Assembly (NCBI GenBank): GCA_008632985.1
Contig: QPGO01000068.1
Location: 1 to 64,000, forward strand
DNA: 64,000 nt
Reading direction: 5' to 3'
DNA from: Psammoneis japonica
Taxonomy: Eukaryota
In this document: positions 12,201 through 22,137 of the stretch, piece after piece
Position numbering within the stretch: the first letter of the stretch is position 1
Layout: the number at the start of each line of letters is the position of its first letter
Made by a program: the position numbers and the translations under genes
The notes under the pieces: model-generated
The model's input: the letters and a program-made list of their open reading frames with translations, nothing else
What the model was told of the DNA's origin: nothing
Database searches by the model: none

Positions 12201-12886
12201 TATCAAATCGTCGTTGTGTGTTGACACGCGACGTGGTATGGGAGTCTAAAAGACGATATGATCACCTAGACCCCGAGACAGTGGTCGAAAAGCAAACTCC
12301 GCGAGTAACTTGGGCGGACGACGCAAGACCGTCAACAGTGGTTGAAGAGATATCACGCCCCTCTCAGTCATCCGCAGACGACCCCGACTTTCATGATTCT
12401 CATTCACAAACTGAGGAGGGAGAAGAGAGTGCAACAGACGGCGGGGAATCAACGGATAGCGAAGAAAGTGACTCCGAGATGGGTGCGCCACCTGACGGAC
12501 CAGGACAGACGGATAAAGAATCAGCTGTGAATAGTCGATTGGAACGCGAGTTGAGCAAGCTGAGGACTTCTTATAACCCAGCTGGTCTCCCAAGCGACGA
12601 CGAGGACGAGGTAGAAGCGGTGAATATGGTCGCAGGATATGTTGATCCGAAGAATGATCGCGAAGCGATGACAGGCGACGAAGCTGACGAGTGGTGGAAG
12701 GGTCTAGTCACAGAATACGATGGATTTTTCGACTTGAGAACTTGGATACTGGTCAAGGAAGCCGAATTGAAAGGTAAAAAGATATCCAAGCCGCTATCAA
12801 CGAAGAACGTCTACAAAAAGAAATTACACGCGATAACAAAAGAGGTGCGGTATCGCGTGCGCAACTGCATTCGGGGTTCGATATGA
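9224..12886 (+). CDS. Copia gag-protease-integrase-(RT start) polyprotein
   Basis: CCHC knuckles CGKCGKKGHKSKFC and CFYCGKHGHRASDC; protease LLDSGSTAH; integrase H-H-CEFC with LYLDTSGP / LRIDNAPE / NAAVER. Confidence 0.93.
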   Translation: MSKEEQTYETSLSWSGKREDFENFLVKFEAFESDHGCDEATDVDLGDKLLTKAEYVNGKKKVMQANGTETEEDLTKEDKRLYKLNAKSLSKIIRALPENLIKACKNQGGPKKSVYLIKEYLKKHYSEQNVVDDYQNLYKKRLELEPGEFEIALFYFNELEDINSKLGKIDEKYRLDELQLKTDIYSKVPDQGNWSSFKSEYRKDGAMENIAYSAFKQHYEREWKAHGPPGGSTTSIDRSSGEDKTLTMKVQGSKFFPGNCGKCGKKGHKSKFCPDKKNAKTKKFDGDCFYCGKHGHRASDCFKKKKDEKEKDEETNEVTLGVFDSVDLVEEGKDPIPDSFFDTFDTKPAVRDDEFERELKRWDTRSGLGYGYDSSGERALSWYEWSEMADDEDEEDDDGMSMPELEGPFVSDKVEDESIPPLEPRYDSDSDSDDDESLELIGSQRKCTNCDGPGHVYRGYRTTKKVQDEDKGDEEDSIPPLVSRGGYDSDSSDDESVEFEVVCSYCGQPGHEFCTPFQEFWNNPDEESDDDSIPTLESGMDSDSDSESEFDYDSDDDYDEILMSGAQYEPERGGVRLLLDSGSTAHTKRSAEGMRNLREVNKVMKDAHDGSSVAKLQGDFPFTRQNGDGTVVITEMYVQPNFSHNIVSLTKLFEKNCKLSPTTDPKRAIVLECPDGTELIFEKSAKDGLFYMEVDSLTDVSEMTADVSDGQKSGQKESDKKVHVNRAHILLNHMGERAMKMAAADLGWKLTGIPKTCEFCVKAKATAKPTVKASDKKATKPGQRLYLDTSGPYKATRGKNRYHVMIVDQLTDRLWSMFQAKKNGFTDDIKALLTKLKGQGYPVEFLRIDNAPEWGALKPICDEHGITIEYTSPNTPQFNAAVERAFPTVRNMAYAVLKASDFDDAEQSRQWANALQDCTIVRNLVPRGDWSNAYEPFGEKPPVKAEDLVEFGAKGWMAKRNKIKAKFQDRAEEVRRVGYAENHSSDTYIVQKLSNRRCVLTRDVVWESKRRYDHLDPETVVEKQTPRVTWADDARPSTVVEEISRPSQSSADDPDFHDSHSQTEEGEESATDGGESTDSEESDSEMGAPPDGPGQTDKESAVNSRLERELSKLRTSYNPAGLPSDDEDEVEAVNMVAGYVDPKNDREAMTGDEADEWWKGLVTEYDGFFDLRTWILVKEAELKGKKISKPLSTKNVYKKKLHAITKEVRYRVRNCIRGSI

Positions 12887-14496
12887 TACCCGGAGTTCAT
12901 TTCGATGAATCTTTTGCACCTACTCCGACGGATCATACTGTGAGACTCATATTGGCGATATCATTATGGATGCTGGAACAGTTGGAAGTCGATGATATCG
13001 ACGAAGCCGAGAAGGAGTGGATTGTCGGGCATTTGTTCGATGTTGTGCAGGCATTTCTGAACTCAGAGATGACTGGACCACCTGTACATGTGCATCTTCC
13101 CCCTATGTGGAAGGAGTATTGCGAATATAAAGGTTGGGAATACAACGAGAACGATCTTATTTTGCTCGGAAAGGCGCAATATGGGCAAGTCGATGCCGCG
13201 AAGCGCTGGATTGATATGTTTGTCGGAATCATGACTGAAAAGGGTGGCGTCGAGCTTAAACGAAGCAAGACTGACCCTTGTGTGTTGTACCGTCATGATG
13301 ACAAGGGGCAATTGGAGATTATCATTTTGATTTATGTGGACGATGGTTTCATATGTGGGAGGCCGGAAGTCGTTAAGGAAGCCAAGGACTATTTGGCGAA
13401 GAGAGTTAAGATACTGGACATTGGACGAATCGACACTCATTTAGGAATTGATTATGAGTTGAAGAAAGACGAACACGGTTGGTACTTCGAGTGCAGCATG
13501 CGCAAGTACGTGGAGAAGATGGTTGCGGAGTACGAACAACGCTTCAAGAAGACACTTAAGGACTACGAGACACCTGGGGAGCCAGGGAAGATATTGATGA
13601 AGGCGGACGAAGACCATGAGCCAGTCGAGCAAAACGGATATCGAGCCTTCGTCGGAAAGATCCTATATGCGATGTTGAAGGTCTTACCTGATTGCGCGAA
13701 TGCGATTAGAGCGCTGACAATGCATTTGACGAATCCAACTAAGGATCACTGGCACGCGCTGGACAGACTTATGGGACATCTGAAATTTCACTATCAGCCG
13801 TTGAAGTTGAGGTCACCTTTGGAATTAAGGAGCATAGGGATATTCGACGCTGAGTGGGGGACGGACAAGAATGACAGAAAGAGCATTTCGAGTGACATTT
13901 CCACACTGGGCGGTACGTCGTTAACTAATTGGCAATCGAAGAAGCAGACCTCTGTGGCGCTGAGCAGTTGTGAAAGTGAGACCATAGCGGGCACGGCGTG
14001 CGCGCAGAGCATACAATTCCAGAATCATTTATTGGAAGAGCTGGTAGGTACGGACATGTTGAAGATGCCGAGTTATGCGTACGGAGACAACGCCGCATCA
14101 CTGTTTCTGGCTGTTAACAACCAAGTGGGACAGCGGACGAAACACATTCACATTCGTGATAGATATTTGGGCGAGTTGGTTCAACGTGGAGAGATTGAAC
14201 CACGTCATGTCAGTACGGAGAAGAACCCGGCAGATGTCAACACCAAGAACGCGAAGATCGAAACGCACAAGAGACTAGCTCAGAACCTGTATGACGGATT
14301 CGTGATGGTTGAACCGGAACCAATCAAGGAGGGTGTCGCGGAACATGACTCAAGCGGGACTCAAGTGATTGGGTCCCGGTCACGAGTGAAGGGTCGTGCC
14401 ACCGATGACCACAGAAATCGGAGCCGACCACGAATGCCGCAATCGATCTTGAGGAACAAGATCGATGAATCGAATGGCCGAGGAGCGGCGATTTGA
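12883..14496 (+). CDS. Copia reverse transcriptase-RNase H (frameshifted continuation of pol)
   Basis: PGVHFDESFAP, DVVQAFLN, YGQVDA, IYVDD, DAEWGTDKNDRKS, VALSSCESE, RTKHIHIR; the stop codon lies inside the 3' LTR. Confidence 0.93.
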   Translation: MIPGVHFDESFAPTPTDHTVRLILAISLWMLEQLEVDDIDEAEKEWIVGHLFDVVQAFLNSEMTGPPVHVHLPPMWKEYCEYKGWEYNENDLILLGKAQYGQVDAAKRWIDMFVGIMTEKGGVELKRSKTDPCVLYRHDDKGQLEIIILIYVDDGFICGRPEVVKEAKDYLAKRVKILDIGRIDTHLGIDYELKKDEHGWYFECSMRKYVEKMVAEYEQRFKKTLKDYETPGEPGKILMKADEDHEPVEQNGYRAFVGKILYAMLKVLPDCANAIRALTMHLTNPTKDHWHALDRLMGHLKFHYQPLKLRSPLELRSIGIFDAEWGTDKNDRKSISSDISTLGGTSLTNWQSKKQTSVALSSCESETIAGTACAQSIQFQNHLLEELVGTDMLKMPSYAYGDNAASLFLAVNNQVGQRTKHIHIRDRYLGELVQRGEIEPRHVSTEKNPADVNTKNAKIETHKRLAQNLYDGFVMVEPEPIKEGVAEHDSSGTQVIGSRSRVKGRATDDHRNRSRPRMPQSILRNKIDESNGRGAAI

Positions 14497-14670
14497 CAAG
14501 ATCGATTTGGTAAGATTGATTTGGTAAGATTGGTTTGACAAGATTGAAGTCCAGAAGAAGTAGAAAAGCAGATCATAATTTAGCGAGAGTGAGAAAAGTG
14601 AAGACTATTAACTTTAGTTTTGTGTGCTACTGACAAGGTGTTAGTAGTGTCGGCATCTGGTTGTCCAACA
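14334..14670 (+). repeat. 3' LTR
   Basis: Direct repeat of 8828-9164. Confidence 0.97.
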
Positions 14671-15314
14671 ATTATATAAAAAGTCCCGACCTGTTTACAG
14701 ACAATGATTTCGATCTGCCCAAGGACCTCACACACGAGGACAGAAACCAACTTTGGAATGAGAGTGAGAGCAATGGACTCTACCGAGGCTTTTATGCGCA
14801 GCAACTTCGAAATTGGATTGAATTCTTTCCTCTTGAATCCAAACTCAAGGTTATAGATTTTGATCGCTTCCAACAAGACAAGGAGACGGTGCTAGATGAT
14901 GTTCTTGGCTTTGTTGGTGCACCAGCTTTCGGCATGCCACTGAATAGCAGTTTGTTGGACGCCAACTATTCCCCTCGTAGACCGAGAACGAAGAACACAG
15001 AAATGAAACCCTTGACGGTAGCATATCTAAAAAAGTTTTACAGACCATACAACGAAGAGCTGTACGAGCTACTGGGGGATTCATGGAGAGGGAGGTGGGA
15101 TTGAACCTTGAGAAGATACACGCAAGGAAACTCATTTCACAGGCTTACGGTTCAAATGACTGGTCACTCTATATGTCCCCCAAAAGTACTCTTCCATCCG
15201 AAAACAAGAAAATGATTTGTCCTTTCGCAACAGGTATCGCATCACTGCGATCTAGGTTACCAACTACGATGAACGCTCTTAACATGGTAACTTTTCGCAA
15301 AACAGTCATACGGT

Positions 15315-16453
15315 TCATTCCTTATCCTTTTTACTTTCTCGAGCTCGGCGTTCGGCCGCAGCAAGCGCAAGGTCTCTAGCAGTGCTATTGTTCTGGTTGT
15401 TGCTGCTCTTTTCTTCCCCACCCAACCTCTGTCCTTGCTCTGACGAGGTAGCTGCGAGTTCACGACAACGCTCGTGAACTGCTGGGGTAACGACCTGTAC
15501 CGGGATTCCGTGTTGACCCATCTCTCGAGCGCAATCTCGAAGCACTGCATCCTCAATGGCTTTCATCATTCCGTCTTTATTGCTCGATGGCACCGCGTCA
15601 AGTTCGGCAAGTTGCAATGTTGTTTTCCCATTTACAAGGTGACCAGTCGCCGCAAGAGACATGTGTCGGTGAAAATACTCGACTCTCATTTGTCCATAAT
15701 TAGCCCAAAACAGGGCATTGTGTTCGCCTACCCAATTGTGACTCAGCTCATGTATCAATGTAGCAACAATCTGCTGGTATGGCAAGAATCCCTCTAAATC
15801 GTCCGTCCGCAACTTGAGATCGATTCTCATGCCGTGATTTGTATTGTATCCCAAAAGACACGTTCCTTCTGCTTCCTTTTTTTGCTTTAATCGATCATCA
15901 ATCGGATCCATTTCACCCAATGTCCCGACGACTAGCTCACGTTCCAGCATGATTGCCACGACACCCGGGTCTGTTGCCATTTTTGCAAGAGTCGCATGGC
16001 CTCAAAGTCATGCGGTGTTTTGGATCCCGATCGGTGACCAAAGGACTGCGCTGTGCAGGGTTGAAAGCGACAAAACTTGAAATTATGATCTTGTTTCCCA
16101 ATATCTCCCCAATACGAAACGACGTCAGGCCGCTTTTCCTTGTCAAAGCCACGAATGGTTGGATCGGACCTTTTCGTATTGAGAGTGTCAACCGCTTGCT
16201 GAGAACTCGCCATTACCATGATTTTGATGGGTTTCTTGCTTTTGCTGGGGTTCCCGCCTGGAAATACTGGTTCATTGCCGCCCAGTACTCTTCCTTTCGA
16301 TAGAAGCTTGAGTATCACTCCATCGTCCTGTTCAAGAAAGGCGTGTCGAGCAAGCTGGTCCAATTCTTGCGCAGTCGTCAGGATCGTTACAGAGACAGTC
16401 GTGCTCTGACCCTTGAAGGTCAAGACTACATCAAAGGTATCTGGAGTCTCCAT
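15315..16453 (-). CDS. Ubiquitin-like + WLM (Wss1-like) metalloprotease, with a 1-bp frameshift near 15980
   Basis: N-terminal Ubl-like segment (VVLTFKG...KLLSKGR); LLQK-MATDPGVVAIM split in an A run; LLGYNTNHGMRIDLKLRTDD; HELSH zincin motif. Confidence 0.85.
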
Positions 16454-16740
16454 TGTTAGAATCGGTTTTGTTTGACTTGGCTGTGTGATTTTCAAGTCAG
16501 AACAACAGAGCGTCGGCATCATGGTGGCAACGCGCAAACGCACGAAACATTCCGCGAAAATCGAAGAACAAAATCGAAGAAATAGAGACTTAGTGAATGG
16601 ATACATAAATAATCGTATCAACACAACGTAGAATCCACAGAAACTACGTCAGCCAACCAAAGTTGCCGCCGACCTCCCACACAGGGAACCCGCGAAAGAA
16701 GAAACGAGGTTAGCTATCGAGGTCTTAGACACTCTCCTCC

Positions 16741-17238
16741 ATGACGACAGCGACAATGAGCCAGGAATGCGGTCCATCGCACACCACAGAGAACCATTAT
16801 GATGTACTGGGTATAAATCGTGAAGCTTCGTTGGAAGAAATCAAGGCAGCTCATCGACGACTGGCGTTGCGTCTGCATCCCGACAAGCAAACGAGCTGCA
16901 GCGAGTCGCAAGATGAAGAAACGCATCAATTTACCAAAATTCAAGCCGCTTGGGAATGCTTGAGTGATCCTCAGCTAAAGGCAATCCATGATGAGGACTT
17001 GAAACGCAACAAGGATCGCAGTCGTTCCAAGCGTCAGGCTGCCATGTCGCTGCGACTCGAGGAAATGGAAGAATGTGTCGACCAAGACGATGGATCGCTG
17101 GGATACATTTATGCGTGTCGATGTGGTCAAGATGTGGAATACTGGCCGGATTGTAAAACGAGACAAGGACCAGAAATCATGTTGGAATGTTCGGGTTGCA
17201 GTCTTGCGTTTTGTATCGTCTTGGATGAGCCGGAGTAG
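16741..17238 (+). CDS. DPH4: J-domain + CSL zinc finger protein (diphthamide biosynthesis DPH4/DNAJC24-like)
   Basis: HYDVLG...LHPDK J domain followed by YACRCG and CSGCS. Confidence 0.85.
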   Translation: MTTATMSQECGPSHTTENHYDVLGINREASLEEIKAAHRRLALRLHPDKQTSCSESQDEETHQFTKIQAAWECLSDPQLKAIHDEDLKRNKDRSRSKRQAAMSLRLEEMEECVDQDDGSLGYIYACRCGQDVEYWPDCKTRQGPEIMLECSGCSLAFCIVLDEPE

Positions 17239-17777
17239 CGTAGACTGTGCATAAGAAGCGAGAATTGCCAATTGTTCGGTTACCTCGCAGAGAAACCATC
17301 ATCGAAAATGCAGACGTTACTGAAAAGGGAGATATAATGATCGACCATCCCAAGCAGTCATTGCTGCAAGTTGTCGCCTAGCAGCAGGGATGGAGTATCT
17401 ATTTCTCGTGTCGGGCTTGCTACAACCCGTACTTGCAAAGAGTATGTTGAGCTCTCGAATCCTAGAGTTTGTACCGCGTCTGAAAGCTGTCAAAGAGGTA
17501 CCTGCCAACACGGCTGTTACCGAAAATCAAAATGAAGCGTAGACATTGATTAGCAACACAGAAACAGAATCTTGGTCTGTTTGGTAGTCTTAGCTCACGG
17601 TTTCGTTCTGGCCATACAACGATTGAACAACCCAAGCATCGGGTCTGCAACAGAATAGAAGTACTACTACTAGCTAGCTACAGTAGAGAGACTAAGCTCG
17701 CTTTAAAAAGTCAAAATTATCGTTAAAAATTACGTAATGTGCATGTTAAAAATGTGTCAATAATGTTCTGTGTCAAC

Positions 17778-18701
17778 CTATTGACATGGCAATGAATTAT
17801 GGCTGTATGCCTTGGTCCATGCCCTAACTTTCTCGTCTTCCTGCGAGGGTTTCTTCACCTTTTTCTTGTAAGCGTGAGACGCTCGTTCCACCAAGATTCT
17901 CGCACCATCCACAAATTGAAACTGATACGAAGAATTCATCCGCTGCATGTGTATTTTTCGAGCTTGCTCCTTGGCCTCCTTGACCTGCTTGTAGGAAACA
18001 CCCCACGTCTTGAGAAGCAACTCGTCCCGAATCTCCTCTGGCATTCGGAATTCATTGTGTGTCCGACGTACATTGGACCGGCCCTCTTCGTACGATTCAA
18101 AGTCCAATTCTTGTTCGTCGTAAACTTTCCAACTGAGTGAGACTGGAGCTCCGTCACCCACACTAGGATTATCACCAACGGTCAGCTCGTGCTCACGAAT
18201 GTAAATCTTATCAAAGGAAATTCTGCGGCGTTGCTGAACCTCCACCGAGGAGCTTGATGCACAACGCTCACTCGCGTACCTTGGTTCGGACTGACTCTTT
18301 TTCAAGCAACTCCGTAACGACGACGTTGCCTGGTTGCTGACGCAATGAGTAGTAGCGACCGTGTTCCTCCTCTGCAGCTGCTTCCGAAATTCAGGAGTAT
18401 TTGACTTTTTGTGAAACCTTGCAAAAAGGCTGTTGCGTCTTCGATGTGGAGAGGATGCAGACTGCGATTCCGAATCGTCATCAACATCTTCAAAGGAACA
18501 ATTTGAATCGCTACTTGCAAGAGGCGCAGTTTCGACTGTATCTACATCGTCAGAAGAAGAAGACTCGGATATGGGCAATCCAACCGGGAGCAGCGATGCA
18601 ATCTTTGGTTTCAATGCATCCGGCGATACTTGGTCCAAATCTGGCTTGATCCGATCAACCTTGGAAGTGATCAAGGTCTCGAGGGACTTGTTATCCTCCA
18701 T
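17778..18701 (-). CDS. Uncharacterised protein with a 'IREHELTVGDNPS..GAPVSLSW' domain
   Basis: About 307-aa ORF from MEDNK; C-terminal domain shared with the gene at 35504-36307. Confidence 0.75.
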   Translation of the reverse strand: MEDNKSLETLITSKVDRIKPDLDQVSPDALKPKIASLLPVGLPISESSSSDDVDTVETAPLASSDSNCSFEDVDDDSESQSASSPHRRRNSLFARFHKKSNTPEFRKQLQRRNTVATTHCVSNQATSSLRSCLKKSQSEPRYASERCASSSSVEVQQRRRISFDKIYIREHELTVGDNPSVGDGAPVSLSWKVYDEQELDFESYEEGRSNVRRTHNEFRMPEEIRDELLLKTWGVSYKQVKEAKEQARKIHMQRMNSSYQFQFVDGARILVERASHAYKKKVKKPSQEDEKVRAWTKAYSHNSLPCQ

Positions 18702-19535
18702 TTTCTTGTTTCGTCTTGTCTGCAAGTGAAGAAGTAGGATCCTTTCTTTCACACGATTTGTTGACAGATTTCAGCTGGTTGATACATGGCATGTGGCATG
18801 GTACCGGTATGGAAATGCGGCAATCCGAAGCTGATTTCAAAAATGCCGCGAGGCATGGCGGAATTTTGCTAAAGATCGTTAAGTAATCTGATGTCATTCT
18901 GACCAATCAAAATGCATCATTCTAAAACCTGATGTCAGAAAGTTAGGTAGGGATTAATGTATATTTCTACGTACGCGAATCCTACGATGGTTGTTCGCAT
19001 ATGATTGAAGTGCGTATCTTTGCGTTTGAGCGAAATCTTGTGGCTGTCAACGCCCTCCATCCCGCCTGTTGCGTTCCGCATCTTCTTCTCAGTTTTCGAA
19101 CCAACGTGGTGGAGGTTGGCATCGAGGAGCGCCCCGTCTTTAGTCCTTCTCTGTAAGTATTGCACTACCATGATGCCATTCGTGACTGAGCTCTTTAATT
19201 CAGAATCGTCGCTCATTATTTGTCCCTGCTTCACTTTCTCTCGTTTTTCGCAGTCGGAGTTTGGAAACGATTGGCCGAGGGCATGCTTGCATGTATTTGC
19301 ACAGCGAGCTTCTTGGGGAAATTCCCCGGACGCAAGGGCAGAGAGTGCCACCCGGAAACGGGTTCCGGTGTGGGTGCCGCTCTTGGCGACGACGGTATTT
19401 CTCTCTCTCTCTTTTTGGGAAGAGAAATGCAAGAGCATACGAGTCGGCCCCACTGCCGCCGTCGTAGCAAAGTTATGCCAACTGAAACTCAACGGGGATT
19501 ACTCCCGCCTCGGGGTTTGGAAACTCAACCTCTTT

Positions 19536-20038
19536 TTTCTGTGTGCATGATCCTGCCTGGTGGTGGGTGCAGGCTTCAAACCTGTGGGGGCTTAGCGGCC
19601 CAGTTGTTCGATTCAACCTTGCGCACGAGGGCCGTTCATAACGGCGTTTCATATTCTTGCTTGCTTCTGTACGTTTTCTAGTTGTATAGGTGTATACGAT
19701 TGACTGACCTGGGCGACGCCCATTAAAGAGGTGTGAAAACTTTCTGTGTGCATGATCCTGCCTGGTGGTGGGTGCAGGCTTCAAACCTGTGGGGGCTTAG
19801 CGGCCCAGTTGTTCGATTCAACCTTGCGCACGAGGGCCGTTCATAACGGCGTTTCATATTCTTGTTTTGCTTCTGTACGTTTTCTAGTTGTATAGGTGTG
19901 TGCAATCGACTGACCTGGGCGACGCCCATTAAAGAGGTGTAAAACCTTTCTGTGTGCATGATCCTGCCTGGTGGTGGGTGCAGGCTTCAAACCTGTGGGG
20001 GCTTAGCGGCCCAGTTGTTCGATTCAACCTTGCGCACG
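19536..20038. repeat. Tandem repeat, about 205-bp unit, about 2.4 copies (starts 19536, 19741, 19947)
   Basis: TTTCTGTGTGCATGATCCTGCCTGGTGGTGGGTGCAGG occurs three times with near-identical following sequence. Confidence 0.95.
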
Positions 20039-20472
20039 TACTTGTCGGGACCCTCTGACTGAATCAAGAATCTATGGCCAACTCGACCTACTCTTATTGG
20101 TACAAACCTCAGGTAGCATAGAACCACATGGAGTGACATAATATAGCATGGTGAACATTTTAAAATCTTATCATCATGATCTAGCCTACGCACAAGTATC
20201 GAAATTGGAAGCATTCTGGTCTCGGCAGTTGACCATCATTGACACGACCACGCACCGCCTTTCAGCATTAGGGCCCTAAAAAAAAAGGTTCGACGCGTAG
20301 CGGGAAAAACCAAACTCCTTTGATCTAACTGCGCTTCCAATGGCCATACCGTAATTCGTTGTGCTTGTTTTCCGAGTCGATCGGCTTCTCTACGGAGCTG
20401 GAAGACGAATCGGACAGGATTGAAAGCTCGTCAACAGGAAGATTAGGGCCGCAAAACCACGTTGTCACTATT

Positions 20473-22137
20473 TCAATCCGTGTCGTCGCTTGACTTTTGT
20501 CCCGACGTAGGAACCGACGAAGCCTCTGCCGCTTTACGGCGAAAGCACTTGCGCTGCTTCCATCTTTCATGGATCTGCAATCGCGAGTAGGCAATGAAAT
20601 TCAAGAATCCTTGAAACGGAGCTAAAAACATGGCTGCGCACAGCAACCCAAAGAACTGGTATAGACCAGTGTCCACGGATGCCACTACAAAAACAACTGG
20701 CCACGAAACATAAAAGCACATGAGGTACCAAAAGCATTGCCAAAAAGCAGCTCTCGATAGCTTCATTCTCTGGGTAGAACTCCACCGTAAGGAACGATGC
20801 TCCTGACGATACACCGTAAGCCATATTTTGCCCATGAGGAGCGTCGCGCAGCCCATTACGACACCAATTGGAATCGTGAGAAAGAAGGTTTCCACGTCCT
20901 TTTGAACATGACACATTGTAGCACTAACTCCGTAAAAGGGTATCGCCGCGAACGCCAAAGCTAAACCGCACACTAGAGGCACAGCCAAAAGCCAGGCCCT
21001 GTACCTCCGTACATCATCATCTCGCATGCCGTACGCAACTACGAGCAAGTAAAAGACAGACAGAGAACAATTGAAGAACGGCACAGTAAAGCCAAGCTGG
21101 ATGAAAAATGCTTGTGCCTTGCAAGTTGCGTCATTCCCTTTTGCCCCGTAATAGTTGGTCTCTTCTGGCATGGGGAGAGATGACAGTGCCCAAGCGAAGG
21201 AGGACATGCAGTCGATGACACTCATCCAAAGAAGAAGGTCATTTTGAACTGTTCTCTCGCGCTTTCGGGTTATGTCGTAGATTATATAAGATGATCCCTG
21301 GATACAAAAGAATGAAAAGTGAGACGACTGAACAACTGTATGCAGAACATGATTCCAAAAAGACCTTACGAGAATGGACAAGATTGCCGAGATTCTTGGC
21401 ATCCATGACAGGAGCTTTTGTCGACTGTGAAGGCTTTCTGTATTGCAACCACATAGAAAGCCCACTTCTTGGGCATCACGACATTGATCGGTGCCCTCTA
21501 TTTGTCCCAAAGCTATCAGTCCATTGAAAAACTCGCAAGTATAAGGTTCAAAGATCCACTCGGTGAAATCGTTTTCAACCAAGGGCGGTACTTTGTCGGG
21601 CTCTGTCATTTCAGTGCCTTTGCAATAGTCGCAAGCATCGGGACGGACTGAACAACCGCAAGAGGGACCAATCGACGTGGATTCGTTGCATTTTGTAGTA
21701 GACGCATCGATAGAATGCAAAAAGGATTCAAAGAGCTCGCAAGTTGGAACCACCCCATCAAAGTCAGACTTCAGAACGAGCAACTCGCTACTTGGCAGTG
21801 TTATGCTGCCTCCTTCAACGCAAAGTGAACAGGCATTCTGTGGAACAGGACATCCGCATATGGTACCAATCTTTTGAACGTCTGCACATTCCGCCGAGTT
21901 GTTGCTCAGAGATGCCGCGTAAGCGTCGAGAGAGCTGCAGTTGGTTAGAGACACAGGCCAGTCGATCCGAACTTGCTTTTCAAGATTGGGGGTGCTTTGT
22001 CCTTGGACGCACAATGTACATGGACTGAATTCTTGCGCAATAGCAACATAGCCAAGTAGAGGCATAATTGATATCAATACAACGAATGTCGGGATGGGTG
22101 TAAGGCGAGAGGGGCGACAGCTCTTCGGACTCGCCAT
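20473..22137 (-). CDS. GPCR-like 7TM protein with Cys-rich N-terminal repeats; probable 72-bp in-frame intron 21369-21298
   Basis: Signal-like N-terminus; three C-x2-C...CGC repeats; TM helices with GNDATCKAQAFFIQ, SLSVFYLLVV and LAPFQGFLNFIAY (cAMP-receptor-like); GTAAGG...CAG intron gives ILSIL|GSSYII. Confidence 0.85.
   Translation of the reverse strand: MASPKSCRPSRLTPIPTFVVLISIMPLLGYVAIAQEFSPCTLCVQGQSTPNLEKQVRIDWPVSLTNCSSLDAYAASLSNNSAECADVQKIGTICGCPVPQNACSLCVEGGSITLPSSELLVLKSDFDGVVPTCELFESFLHSIDASTTKCNESTSIGPSCGCSVRPDACDYCKGTEMTEPDKVPPLVENDFTEWIFEPYTCEFFNGLIALGQIEGTDQCRDAQEVGFLCGCNTESLHSRQKLLSWMPRISAILSILVRSFWNHVLHTVVQSSHFSFFCIQGSSYIIYDITRKRERTVQNDLLLWMSVIDCMSSFAWALSSLPMPEETNYYGAKGNDATCKAQAFFIQLGFTVPFFNCSLSVFYLLVVAYGMRDDDVRRYRAWLLAVPLVCGLALAFAAIPFYGVSATMCHVQKDVETFFLTIPIGVVMGCATLLMGKIWLTVYRQEHRSLRWSSTQRMKLSRAAFWQCFWYLMCFYVSWPVVFVVASVDTGLYQFFGLLCAAMFLAPFQGFLNFIAYSRLQIHERWKQRKCFRRKAAEASSVPTSGQKSSDDTD

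Larger units (their letters stand above)
8828..14670 (+). mobile_element. Full-length Ty1/copia LTR retrotransposon (CoDi-like)
   Basis: Two 337-bp TG...CA LTRs; purine tract AAGGAGGG before the 3' LTR; ATTATA duplicated at 8822-8827 and 14671-14676; domain order gag-PR-IN-RT-RH. Confidence 0.97.
8146..15104 (+). pseudogene. Golgi-type (heparan 3-O-sulfotransferase-like) sulfotransferase disrupted by a copia insertion; pieces 8146-8827 and 14677-15104
   Basis: N-terminal TM anchor, 5'-PSB IIGVHKGGTTALY, EKTPVY and 3'-PB LRDPVSRFYS lie before the insertion; RGFYAQQLRNW and FYRPYNEELYELLG lie after it; removing the element plus one ATTATA restores ...FSDYIKSPDL... in frame. Confidence 0.92.

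Noticed and set aside
12870..12890. Programmed ribosomal frameshift in the copia element
   Set aside because: The shift falls inside the RT domain rather than at the gag-pol junction, and no slippery heptamer is evident
18935..19550. Overlapping 185-aa and 181-aa ORFs on opposite strands
   Set aside because: No recognisable motifs or convincing start context
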